A DNA stretch of 63,570 bases, filler included, from Octopus bimaculoides (Eukaryota): assembly GCF_001194135.2 (NCBI RefSeq). It is 6 parts of 6 records of this genome, joined end to end, with 100 filler letters (N's around TTAATTAATTAA, not from the genome) between each part and the next. Parts side by side here need not be neighbours in the genome. Positions count along the whole stretch, not along the records: positions 51,578 to 57,324 come from NC_068983.1; positions 57,425 to 61,431 come from NW_026380832.1; positions 61,532 to 63,570 come from NW_026332967.1; 3 more parts are not named here. One strand, written 5' to 3'. Below are positions 53,357 through 63,570 of the stretch, one piece after another (the first letter of the stretch is position 1; each line of letters begins with the position of its first letter). Under the pieces are notes generated by a model. It did no database searches, was not told where the DNA came from, and saw nothing but the letters and a program-made list of their open reading frames with translations. The position numbers and the translations under genes were made by a program.

Positions 53357-53990
53357 CATACACATACATAAATGTGTGTATGACCCTAGTCAAATGATAA
53401 AGAAGTACACTATTTTATACAGTACTCATTACAATTTAACCACCGACCGTATATTAATTATTTTTATTATTTTAACGTGTACCTTCGCCCACCTGCTCAA
53501 AGAATTCCCTTTTGGTGATGATTTTGTTGGATATGTATTTATCTGTTAACATACATTTAGAAGTACCAAACCATCTTCCCAATACAGAATGTTATTTGGT
53601 TTCTGGTATTAGTCTTTTAACATTTTAACTGACCATATTTGGCTCTACCAGTTTTATGTTCAAAGCGGCCAGATCTGGCCTTTCGCAGTAACTTATAATG
53701 TCATTCTAAAAATAAACAATCACATCGTCATAATCCAAAAGCTAGCAAAAGTGCACGACTATTTCAAAATAATATAAATATTAGAAAATCGTTATAGGAG
53801 ATGAAAGCAATGACTATACTGAGAAGTAATGTCAACAGCCACTTAAACATGGCTATTCCGCAGAAACCGACGATAATGCTATTTTTAATCACAGGGGGAC
53901 GCTCCTCCAGCTGGTTATTCAAGGCAATCTGTACCCGATATATATATTGCAAGCAAAGGAGTGAACCCCTACCGTCTTCTAGCCACAAGA

Positions 53991-54043
53991 CCACCAGACC
54001 GTACAGTTTCGACCTCTTTCTTTGTGATCATCCTCGGTGGTGG
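53991..54043 (-). ncRNA. Hammerhead motif in left arm of fold-back element (U4->C)
   Basis: Minus strand CCACCA-CCGAGGA-T-GATC..GGTC-GAA-ACTGTACGGT-C-TGGTGG. Stem I 6/6, stem II 4 bp, GUC triplet. Confidence 0.7.
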
Positions 54044-54076
54044 ATACTCGTCCACTAGAGATAGCAGTAGTTCACT

Positions 54077-54125
54077 CCACCACTGAGGATGGCGACAAAG
54101 AAGTCGAAACCGTACAGTCTGATAG
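54077..54125 (+). ncRNA. Hammerhead motif in right arm of fold-back element (intact core)
   Basis: CCACCA-CTGAGGA-TGGCGACAAAGAAGTC-GAA-ACCGTACAGT-C-TGATAG. Core CUGANGA/GAAA intact, GUC triplet, mismatches in stems I and III. Confidence 0.7.
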
Positions 54126-54781
54126 TCTCGTGACTAGATAATGTCAGGGGTTCACTCCCCTGCTTGCAATATATATCGGGTGCAGATTGCATTGAATTAC
54201 CAGCCGGAAGAGGCGTACTCCTGGAGTTAAAGATAGTCGTAACATCGGTTCCTACGGAACAGCTATGTTTAGGTGCTGTTGAACATTACTTCTTATTATG
54301 AATATTACATTTGATAAAGTAATCCGAATGCCAAAGAGTTAATTATACTTGGTCTTTTTTCCCCATCTGTTACTACACTCTCCATATGGTCTTACGAAGT
54401 GGGTAAAAAAAAATCGTTGTCATTACAGCATGACAACCAGTTGATAGAAGTCATCTAAGCACTACAGAGGAATATGGATGTATATGTATGATAATTGATA
54501 TGCTCAGAATATATCAAGATGGATATATTTTTTGGAATATAGATAGGTCACAAGAAGTAAACAAGTGATAAAAGTAGACACATTAACTTGGCAATTCTTG
54601 CGTTTAGGACATTATTTACGCTTTTGTCGTTTTGCGTTTAGCATTAATTTGTTTGGTACCCAATGGAAATTTTTTGATTTCTTTCTGTATTGTGCCTGCA
54701 GTGAACTTTGTCATACGCTCGAGATACTTTTTGATGTTTCTAATTTGTGTTATTGGTATAAAAGCATGAACTCATATATGT

Positions 54782-54848
<67 letters not shown>

Positions 54849-55438
54849 NNNNNNNNNNNNNNNNNNNNNNNNNNNNNNNNNNNNNNNNNNNNNNNNNNNN
54901 NNNNNNNNNNNNNNNNNNNNNNNNNNNNNNNNNNNNNNNNNNNNNNNNNNNNNNNNNNNNNNNNNNNNNNNNNNNNNNNNNNNNNNNNNNNNNNNNNNNN
55001 NNNNNNNNNNNNNNNNNNNNNNNNNNNNNNNNNNNNNNNNNNNNNNNNNNNNNNNNNNNNNNNNNNNNNNNNNNNNNNNNNNNNNNNNNNNNNNNNNNNN
55101 NNNNNNNNNNNNNNNNNNNNNNNNNNNNNNNNNNNNNNNNNNNNNNNNNNNNNNNNNNNNNNNNNNNNNNNNNNNNNNNNNNNNNNNNNNNNNNNNNNNN
55201 NNNNNNNNNNNNNNNNNNNNNNNNNNNNNNNNNNNNNNNNNNNNNNNNNNNNNNNNNNNNNNNNNNNNNNNNNNNNNNNNNNNNNNNNNNNNNNNNNNNN
55301 NNNNNNNNNNNNNNNNNNNNNNNNNNNNNNNNNNNNNNNNNNNNNNNNNNNNNNNNNNNNNNNNNNNNNNNNNNNNNNNNNNNNNNNNNNNNNNNNNNNN
55401 NNNNNNNNNNNNNNNNNNNNNNNNNNNNNNNNNNNNNN

Positions 55439-55815
55439 ATCAGGACAATGCACGACCCCACACTGCAAAAATCTCATCGCAGAAGATCGAAGAGCTTGAT
55501 TGGGAAAAAATTCCTCATCCACCTTATGCTCCCGATCTTGCTCCTTCAAACTATCATTTGTTTCGTAGTTTACAGAATCATTTGGGGGACATGACTTGTG
55601 CAAGCCAGGAGGAGGTCGAAACTGACATTTCAGAGTTCTTCACTTTGAAACCAAAAGAGTTTTACATTGATGGGATTAAAAAGCTTGTAAACAGATGAAA
55701 GGAAATCATAGATAATCAGGGAAAGTACATTGATGATTAAATTTCAATTAATTATAACATTTGATCACTTGTTTTCTTTATTCAAAATTCTGACAGAGCT
55801 TATAGGATGACCTGA
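55439..55815 (+). mobile_element. Mariner transposase 3' fragment with right TIR (pseudogene)
   Basis: QDNARPHTAK..HPPYAPDLAPSNYHLFRSLQNHL..GIKKLVNR*. Third catalytic D is N. End GCTTATAGGATGACCTGA-TA. Confidence 0.88.
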
Positions 55816-56758
55816 TATATACATATAATCTTCATCTGACTCTGTCTGCCTTTCTGTCTATCCACATGCCTAAAATTTTACCTACTTTGGCTGCCAAACA
55901 AAAGGGATGAGCACGAATGGTTGGCTGTTGAAGTTGCTACATGCTTTAAAACCCATTTACTCCTTGTTAATCGAAAATATTGTAATGTATAGACATGGTG
56001 AGCTGGCAGAATGTTAATGCGCTGGAAAAAGTGCTCAGTGGCATTTCTTCCGAATCCTTATATTCTGAGTTCAAATTCGAACGAGATCGACTTTATCTTT
56101 CGTTATTTCAGAGTCGATAAAAAAAGTACCAGTTGAGCACTGAGGTCGATATAATTGACAAAAACCAAAATTTAAAACCATCACTATATATAATATTTTG
56201 ACCTTAGATCAATTTTTTTTTATTGCTTTTAACACGTTTTCAGAGCTCAAACTGATTTTACAGAAATATTGCACAATACAAGTATGCAAGTCATATAGAG
56301 AAATATAGTGCACATAAATTGTTAACTGATCTACTTAATTTACTATATACTAGAAGTTTAATANNNNNNNNNNNNNNNNNNNNNNNNNNNNNNNNNNNNN
56401 NNNNNNNNNNNNNNNNNNNNNNNNNNNNNNNNNNNNNNNNNNNNNNNNNNNNNNNNNNNNNNNNNNNNNNNNNNNNNNNNNNNNNNNNNNNNNNNNNNNN
56501 NNNNNNNNNNNNNNNNNNNNNNNNNNNNNNNNNNNNNNNNNNNNNNNNATAGATGAACTAACAGAAACACCTAGCGAGAAAAACTAAGATAGATATACCG
56601 AAGAGGAAAAGAGAGAAGGGATAGGGGAAAGAAAGGGGTACTAATAAATCGGAACGGCATCTCACTATTTTAACTAGATTTAAAAATATGATATGATCTA
56701 ATAAATCATCAACAATCTTTATTACCTACACACTCACACACGCGCGCGTTTGTATCTA

Positions 56759-57081
56759 TTTACTCTTTTACTTGACTCAGTCACTGGACTGAGGCCAAGC
56801 TGGAACACCGTCTTAACGGGCATCGTCGAACAAATCAACCCCAGTACTTATTTTTTTTAAGGCTGGTACTTATTCAACCAGGATATTTTGTCCAACGGAT
56901 AAGTTACGGGAGCGTAAACAAACCAACATATTGTCAAACGATGGTCTGTGAGGGGCAAATGCAAATACGCACAAATATTTACAACGGGCTTTCGCAGCAT
57001 TGGTTGGCACCGCACAGTAGGGCTGAACCTGAAACCACGTGGTTGCAAAGCGAATTTCTTAACCACACAGACAAGCTTGCG
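56759..57081 (-). mobile_element. Degenerate family C SINE
   Basis: TACTCTTTTACTTG..GTCGAACAAATCAACCCCAG..GGGCTGAACC..ACCACACAG. Confidence 0.75.
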
Positions 57082-57284
57082 ACTGTTTGAGCATGTATAT
57101 TTTAAAAGCAAAAAGCAAAATGATGATAATGGGGAAACAAATTCGTTACTTTTCACTCAAAATACTTTTAAAATGTGAAATATGCATTATAGTTGAAATT
57201 TATATTAATTTGAAAGTAACAGTTATTTAGATCCAATTCCAATAAGACGACTATTATTGTCACAATCTGTGCACATTATATACA

Positions 57285-57320
<36 letters not shown>

Positions 57321-57440
57321 TATANNNNNNNNNNNNNNNNNNNNNNNNNNNNNNNNNNNNNNNNNNNNTTAATTAATTAANNNNNNNNNNNNNNNNNNNN
57401 NNNNNNNNNNNNNNNNNNNNNNNNATAAAAAATCTTGCAA

Positions 57441-57476
<36 letters not shown>

Positions 57477-57477
<1 letters not shown>

Positions 57478-57692
57478 GGTTCTCATTCCTAAGGTATTTT
57501 TCGATGTTATTATTATTGTTATTCAGGTCCAAGTTCGATTCCAGGCAGTGACCTGAACAACAACAACAACAACAACAGCAGCAGCAGCAGCATTGAAAAA
57601 TACCTTAAGAATGAGAACCCAGGTTCGAAATTTCCCCAAGACATCTGATGAAGCCTGGAGGGTATATCAGCTGAAACGTGTTAACAACAAAT
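57477..57692. mobile_element. Hairpin repeat plus hammerhead (Penelope-like pLTR with inverted duplication)
   Basis: GGGTTCTCATTCCTAAGGTATTTTTCGATG (57477) is the inverse of CATTGAAAAATACCTTAAGAATGAGAACCC (ends 57620). Hammerhead motif follows directly. Confidence 0.65.
57640..57682 (+). ncRNA. Degenerate minimal hammerhead motif
   Basis: GACAT-CTGATGA-AGCCTG..CAGCT-GAA-ACGT-GTT. Canonical CUGAUGA/GAAA and palindromic ACGT, but position 17 is G and stem I' is shortened. Confidence 0.55.
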
Positions 57693-57699
57693 AAGATGA

Positions 57700-57737
<38 letters not shown>

Positions 57738-58621
57738 CAAATATTTTCTTTTACTTTAAGTTCGAAACATGTCCATAGTTAATCAGCCTTATTGGTTCAT
57801 TAGTTTTTCTTTTGTTTGCCACAATAAAGTGTGTTATTCTTGGAAATTTTAAGGTAGTAAAAAATAATTTAGCGTCTATTTCTTATANNNNNNNNNNNNN
57901 NNNNNNNNNNNNNNNNNNNNNNNNNNNNNNNNNNNNNNNNNNNNNNNNNNNNNNNNNNNNNNNNNNNNNNNNNNNNNNNNNNNNNNNNNNNNNNNNNNNN
58001 NNNNNNNNNNNNNNNNNNNNNNNNNNNNNNNNNNNNNNNNNNNNNNNNNNNNNNNNNNNNNNNNNNNNNNNNNNNNNNNNNNNNNNNNNNNNNNNNNNNN
58101 NNNNNNNNNNNNNNNNNNNNNNNNNNNNNNNNNNNNNNNNNNNNNNNNNNNNNNNNNNNNNNNNNNNNNNNNNNNNNNNNNNNNNNNNNNNNNNNNNNNN
58201 NNNNNNNNNNNNNNNNNNNNNNNNNNNNNNNNNNNNNNNNNNNNNNNNNNNNNNNNNNNNNNNNNNNNNNNNNNNNNNNNNNNNNNNNNNNNNNNNNNNN
58301 NNNNNNNNNNNNNNNNNNNNNNNNNNNNNNNNNNNNNNNNNNNNNNNNNNNNNNNNNNNNNNNNNNNNNNNNNNNNNNNNNNNNNNNNNNNNNNNNNNNN
58401 NNNNNNNNNNNNNNNNNNNNNNNNNNNNNNNNNNNNNNNNNNNNNNNNNNNNNNNNNNNNNNNNNNNNNNNNNNNNNNNNNNNNNNNNNNNNNNNNNNNN
58501 NNNNNNNNNNNNNNNNNNNNNNNNNNNNNNNNNNNNNNNNNNNNNNNNNNNNNNNNNNNNNNNNNNNNNNNNNNNNNNNNNNNNNNNNNNNNNNNNNNNN
58601 NNNNNNNNNNNNNNNNNNNNN

Positions 58622-59250
58622 AACACTAAAATCTCATTTTAACAGATATGTTTACCAAAATTACATGAAAATATCTTGAAATGCTAAAGAGTAAATTTAT
58701 TCAATAAAATCGCCATTGGCTTCAACCACGGCCTCCAGACGACTTCAGAATCTCCTTCAACTCTTCTGGACAGTCTCCTTGTTTAAGTTGGGGAATGCTG
58801 CCATAACCTTTGCCTTCAGTTCATCTTTGCTGTTACCAGGAGTTTTGTTGATCTCTCACTCAACTGTGCCCTACACATAATAATTAGGGGGTTGCAATCT
58901 GGGGAGTTAGGTGGCCAGATGTTAAGGATGATGTAGTTGCAGAAACTGTCTGACAGCCATGACTGGGTTCTCCTGCTTCTATGGCATGGTGCCAGACACA
59001 GGGTCTTCCAGCAGTCACTGTCTTGGCCCAGGGCAGCACTACCTCCTCCAGGCACTTAATGTCGGCCTCCATGTTGAGTCTGAGGCCATGTGGGAAGATG
59101 AATGGAGGCATACCCTTGTCATCACTAGTAATCACTCCAAACACCATGATGCTGACTGGCGGATTGATTTATATCACTCTTAGTACATACACTGTCCTCA
59201 GATTGACACACAAATACTCTGAAATGTTCATGCTGAGCTTCCTGCACCCA
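58622..59250 (-). mobile_element. Second copy of the same DD37D deletion derivative
   Basis: Co-linear with 49320-49900. APCHRSRRTQSWLSDSFCNYIILNIWPPNSPDCNPL. Left end in gap. Confidence 0.85.
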
Positions 59251-59322
59251 TATATGCATGTATATATACATATATATGTAGGTATGTACATATATGTGTG
59301 TATATATGCATATATTTATATA

Positions 59323-60632
59323 TTGCACTGGCAACTAAGTTCCCGCCGTTTTTTTTAAACCTGGAATTTTTTGCATTTTTAAATTTTGGATTCTATTTTT
59401 GTCGAGAATTCCATTTTTTAATCATTTTGGAATCTATTTTGTTTTTTTTTTCTAGTTAATTTTAGTTAATTTTTGTTTATTTTCAAATCATTAAAATGGA
59501 ATGTCAAGTTAAGAAAAACGAGCATTTTCGACACCTCCTTCNNNNNNNNNNNNNNNNNNNNNNNNNNNNNNNNNNNNNNNNNNNNNNNNNNNNNNNNNNN
59601 NNNNNNNNNNNNNNNNNNNNNNNNNNNNNNNNNNNNNNNNNNNNNNNNNNNNNNNNNNNNNNNNNNNNNNNNNNNNNNNNNNNNNNNNNNNNNNNNNNNN
59701 NNNNNNNNNNNNNNNNNNNNNNNNNNNNNNNNNNNNNNNNNNNNNNNNNNNNNNNNNNNNNNNNNNNNNNNNNNNNNNNNNNNNNNNNNNNNNNNNNNNN
59801 NNNNNNNNNNNNNNNNNNNNNNNNNNNNNNNNNNNNNNNNNNNNNNNNNNNNNNNNNNNNNNNNNNNNNNNNNNNNNNNNNNNNNNNNNNNNNNNNNNNN
59901 NNNNNNNNNNNNNNNNNNNNNNNNNNNNNNNNNNNNNNNNNNNNNNNNNNNNNNNNNNNNNNNNNNNNNNNNNNNNNNNNNNNNNNNNNNNNNNNNNNNN
60001 NNNNNNNNNNNNNNNNNNNNNNNNNNNNNNNNNNNNNNNNNNNNNNNNNNNNNNNNNNNNNNNNNNNNNNNNNNNNNNNNNNNNNNNNNNNNNNNNNNNN
60101 NNNNNNNNNNNNNNNNNNNNNNNNNNNNNNNNNNNNNNNNNNNNNNNNNNNNNNNNNNNNNNNNNNNNNNNNNNNNNNNNNNNNNNNNNNNNNNNNNNNN
60201 NNNNNNNNNNNNNNNNNNNNNNNNNNNNNNNNNNNNNNNNNNNNNNNNNNNNNNNNNNNNNNNNNNNNNNNNNNNNNNNNNNNNNNNNNNNNNNNNNNNN
60301 NNNNNNNNNNNNNNNNNNGGGAAGTGCTGCCACACCCGCCGTACTCTCCTGATTTGGCACCAACAGATTTCCATCTCTTTCAATCTCTTTCAAATGCTAT
60401 GTGCGGAGTTTCGTTCAATACTGATGGAGAATTGAGAGCTTGGTTGGATCAATTTTTCGAGTCGAAATCGGGTGATTTCTACCAACGAGGTATTGAAAAT
60501 CTTGTTGAACGTTGGGAAGAAGTTGTAAACAACAAGGGTGAATACATTATTGATTAATTAGTTGCTATTTTTTATTAAACCTTTTAAAAAATTTAAATTT
60601 AAAAGAACTGTGGGAACTTAGCTGCCAACCCA
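59323..60632 (+). mobile_element. Near full-length mariner (DD34D) transposon; centre hidden in gap
   Basis: Left TIR TA-TTGCACTGGCAACTAAGTTCCCGCCGTTTT; right TIR reverse complement GGGTTGGCAGCTAAGTTCCCACAGTT. About 1.3 kb. ORF 59496 MECQVKKNEHFRHLL ... HPPYSPDLAPTDFHLF..GIENLVERWEEVVNNKGEYIID* 60557. Confidence 0.9.
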
Positions 60633-60633
60633 T

Positions 60634-61431
60634 CCCCTCTCAACCAAAAATAACGTGGTGGTGGAACAATATTGTTGACAGGGCAATTAGGGAAAAGAAA
60701 CAGGCTTGGAAGGACTGGAAGAACGGTGGTAGCAGGGAATTGTATCAGACTGCCAGAAGGGAAGCTAGGTGACAGGTTTATTTAGCCAGAGTGGAAGCAG
60801 ATAAGAAAAAGTTTGCCAATGTTCTGCGCCGTGAGGACCAAAGACTTGAGATATTTCATGTTGTAAGACAGTGTGTGAGAGAGAATCGTGATGTCATGGA
60901 AGAGAAATATGTTTGCATGGATGATGGTACGCTTGCACTAAACGAAGCTGCAAAGAAAGAGGTTTGGAGACGCCACTACGAAAGATTGCTCAATAAAGAG
61001 AACGAATGGGAGAAAGAGAGTCTGCCGTATGTCGACCCAACAGAGGGACCAGCTATCCGAGTTGACAGTACCATGGTAGATAAAACAATTAAGAGTATGA
61101 AGATAGGGAAAGCCCCAGGCCCATCAGGAATCACAGCAGAGATGCCCAAAATATCTGGCAGTGTCGGCTATAGCCTAGTCACCCGTATTGTTAACCAGGT
61201 GATACACGAAGGACTCATACCCAATGACTGGTGTAGCAGCATCATAGTCAACTGCTACAAAGGTAAAGGTGACACTTTAGATACAAATAATTACAGAGGT
61301 GTCAAGCTGTTAGATCAGGTAATGAAAGTCACAGAGAGGGTCATAGCCCAACTACTTAGGGAGTGAGTAAGTTTACATGAAATGCAGTTTGGGTTCGTGC
61401 CTGGGAAAAGCACCACTGATGCTATATTTCT
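60634..61431 (+). mobile_element. RTE-clade LINE fragment (linker plus RT N-terminal domains), runs into gap
   Basis: PKITWWWN..KKEVWRRHYERLLN..GKAPGPSGITAEM..IPNDWCSSIIVNCYKGKGD..NNYRGVKLLDQVMKVTERVI..EMQFGFVPGKSTTDAIF, with in-frame stops. Confidence 0.92.
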
Positions 61432-61531
61432 NNNNNNNNNNNNNNNNNNNNNNNNNNNNNNNNNNNNNNNNNNNNTTAATTAATTAANNNNNNNNNNNNN
61501 NNNNNNNNNNNNNNNNNNNNNNNNNNNNNNN

Positions 61532-61580
61532 CGATCCTATAACCGCGAGTCCGCTGCCCTAACCACTGGGCTATTGCACC
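61532..61580 (-). mobile_element. Family A SINE head (rest in gap)
   Basis: Reverse complement AGGTGCAATAGCCCAGTGGTTAGGGCAGCGGACTCGCGGTTATAGGATCG matches 51921-51973. Confidence 0.85.
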
Positions 61581-63017
61581 TACATACATGCATAATTATA
61601 AATAATGCATGTATACTTTGATACATACAAATATATAAAACCATACACATGCACTCATACACACACGTACATATAAATGTATAAAGTCACACACACACAC
61701 ACACACACACACAGATACAAATATTTAATCTGACAATTTCCCGACCTTTCTTTTCTTCTCCTCTTTCTTTCTCTTTCTTTCACTTTCTCTTCTCTTACAA
61801 CGAATCCAAAACAAAAACAATGTGTAAAAACAAGAAAGAAAAACAAAGAAAGAAAGAGATGAAAAAAGAACAGAAATAAAAATAAAAAAAAAAACAATAA
61901 TCAAAAAGAAAATATTACATGCGGAAGAAGGAGTAAATCTATTAGTTTCTAAAGGAGATTTTCATATCATTGAGTGCCAACCATATTCCTGAGACTACTT
62001 TATGACAACTGTCAATACCATTTCCGAAGGTTAATGTAAGAATATTATCCCTATTGCAGCTCTTCAACTACAAGTGTCAAAGTACTCTTTGTGGATCAAC
62101 AGGGACAAGTAAAGGTTTAACAGCTGCAAAGAGNNNNNNNNNNNNNNNNNNNNNNNNNNNNNNNNNNNNNNNNNNNNNNNNNNNNNNNNNNNNNNNNNNN
62201 NNNNNNNNNNNNNNNNNNNNNNNNNNNNNNNNNNNNNNNNNNNNNNNNNNNNNNNNNNNNNNNNNNNNNNNNNNNNNNNNNNNNNNNNNNNNNNNNNNNN
62301 NNNNNNNNNNNNNNNNNNNNNNNNNNNNNNNNNNNNNNNNNNNNNNNNNNNNNNNNNNNNNNNNNNNNNNNNNNNNNNNNNNNNNNNNNNNNNNNNNNNN
62401 NNNNNNNNNNNNNNNNNNNNNNNNNNNNNNNNNNNNNNNNNNNNNNNNNNNNNNNNNNNNNNNNNNNNNNNNNNNNNNNNNNNNNNNNNNNNNNNNNNNN
62501 NNNNNNNNNNNNNNNNNNNNNNNNNNNNNNNNNNNNNNNNNNNNNNNNNNNNNNNNNNNNNNNNNNNNNNNNNNNNNNNNNNNNNNNNNNNNNNNNNNNN
62601 NNNNNNNNNNNNNNNNNNNNNNNNNNNNNNNNNNNNNNNNNNNNNNNNNNNNNNNNNNNNNNNNNNNNNNNNNNNNNNNNNNNNNNNNNNNNNNNNNNNN
62701 NNNNNNNNNNNNNNNNNNNNNNNNNNNNNNNNNNNNNNNNNNNNNNNNNNNNNNNNNNNNNNNNNNNNNNNNNNNNNNNNNNNNNNNNNNNNNNNNNNNN
62801 NNNNNNNNNNNNNNNNNNNNNNNNNNNNNNNNNNNNNNNNNNNNNNNNNNNNNNNNNNNNNNNNNNNNNNNNNNNNNNNNNNNNNNNNNNNNNNNNNNNN
62901 NNNNNNNNNNNNNNNNNNNNNNNNNNNNNNNNNNNNNNNNNNNNNNNNNNNNNNNNNNNNNNNNNNNNNNNNNNNNNNNNNNNNNNNNNNNNNNNNNNNN
63001 NNNNNNNNNNNNNNNNN

Positions 63018-63094
<77 letters not shown>

Positions 63095-63139
63095 TTAGAA
63101 ACACATGCACACACACCTGTATATAAATGTATATATATG

Positions 63140-63203
<64 letters not shown>

Positions 63204-63519
63204 CACAGACACAGACACACGGGGGGACACACACACACACATAGATATACATACATATATTCAAAGAGACATGCTTATAAAATTATAATGTATATTCATG
63301 ATTCATTCTTTCTCTTAATTTCATTCTCATTCGTTATAACACTGACTAACTTAATTAGTCGTCAAGCGATCTCATTGAATAAATATCTCGTTTAGAAGAA
63401 TCAAGATGTACTCTGGATGTGTCATGTGTATCCGTTTATCAGTTAAATGCACATGTATATGCACATGTTTATAAGTGTCTGTGCACTGCATGAATTGTGC
63501 ATATGTATGTTTGTGTGTA

Positions 63520-63570
63520 TAGGAGTGGTTGTGTGGTAAGTAGCTTGCTTACCAACTACATGGTTCTGGG
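63520..63570 (+). mobile_element. Family C SINE head at window end
   Basis: AGGAGTGGTTGTGTGGTAAGTAGCTTGCTTACCAAC..TGGTTCTGGG. Confidence 0.85.

Larger units (their letters stand above)
53820..54295. mobile_element. Fold-back element: two inverted ~220 bp arms, each with a hammerhead (inverted Penelope-like pLTR pair)
   Basis: 53820-54043 aligns to the reverse complement of 54077-54295 (roughly 75-80% by eye), with a 33 nt spacer. Partial third copy near 47935-48010. Confidence 0.8.

Noticed and set aside
53500-53549. DDFVGYVF as spondin exon 2 (F.GF motif)
   Set aside because: No acceptor in the right phase and a stop follows immediately.
62050-62133. Acceptor-like TATTGCAG followed by open sequence as spondin exon 2
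   Set aside because: The phase-1 frame hits TAA and the peptide shows no reeler similarity.

Overview
Eukaryotic, repeat-saturated draft-assembly DNA with many N gaps. The microsatellite density and SINE families point to an octopus genome (inference, no database search). One host coding exon is supported: the first coding exon of an F-spondin/SPON1-like gene (33225-33429, +), encoding a signal peptide and the start of a reeler domain, behind a CpG-rich promoter-like region. No second exon was found in the remaining ~30 kb, so the rest of the window is probably intron 1. Everything else is mobile DNA: several tRNA-derived/CORE-type SINE families, RTE and HERO-like LINE fragments, a Penelope GIY-YIG fragment, mariner (DD34D), maT (DD37D) and Tc1 (DD36E-spaced) transposons, and a Helitron 3' end. 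The most interesting signal is invisible in the ORF track: seven minimal type I hammerhead ribozyme motifs with palindromic stem III, from about six unrelated sequence families. Three loci lie in fold-back (inverted-duplication) structures typical of Penelope-like pseudo-LTRs. One locus is a ~475 bp fold-back inside the putative spondin intron with a hammerhead in each arm. Almost all ORF-track entries are artefacts of N runs and microsatellites.
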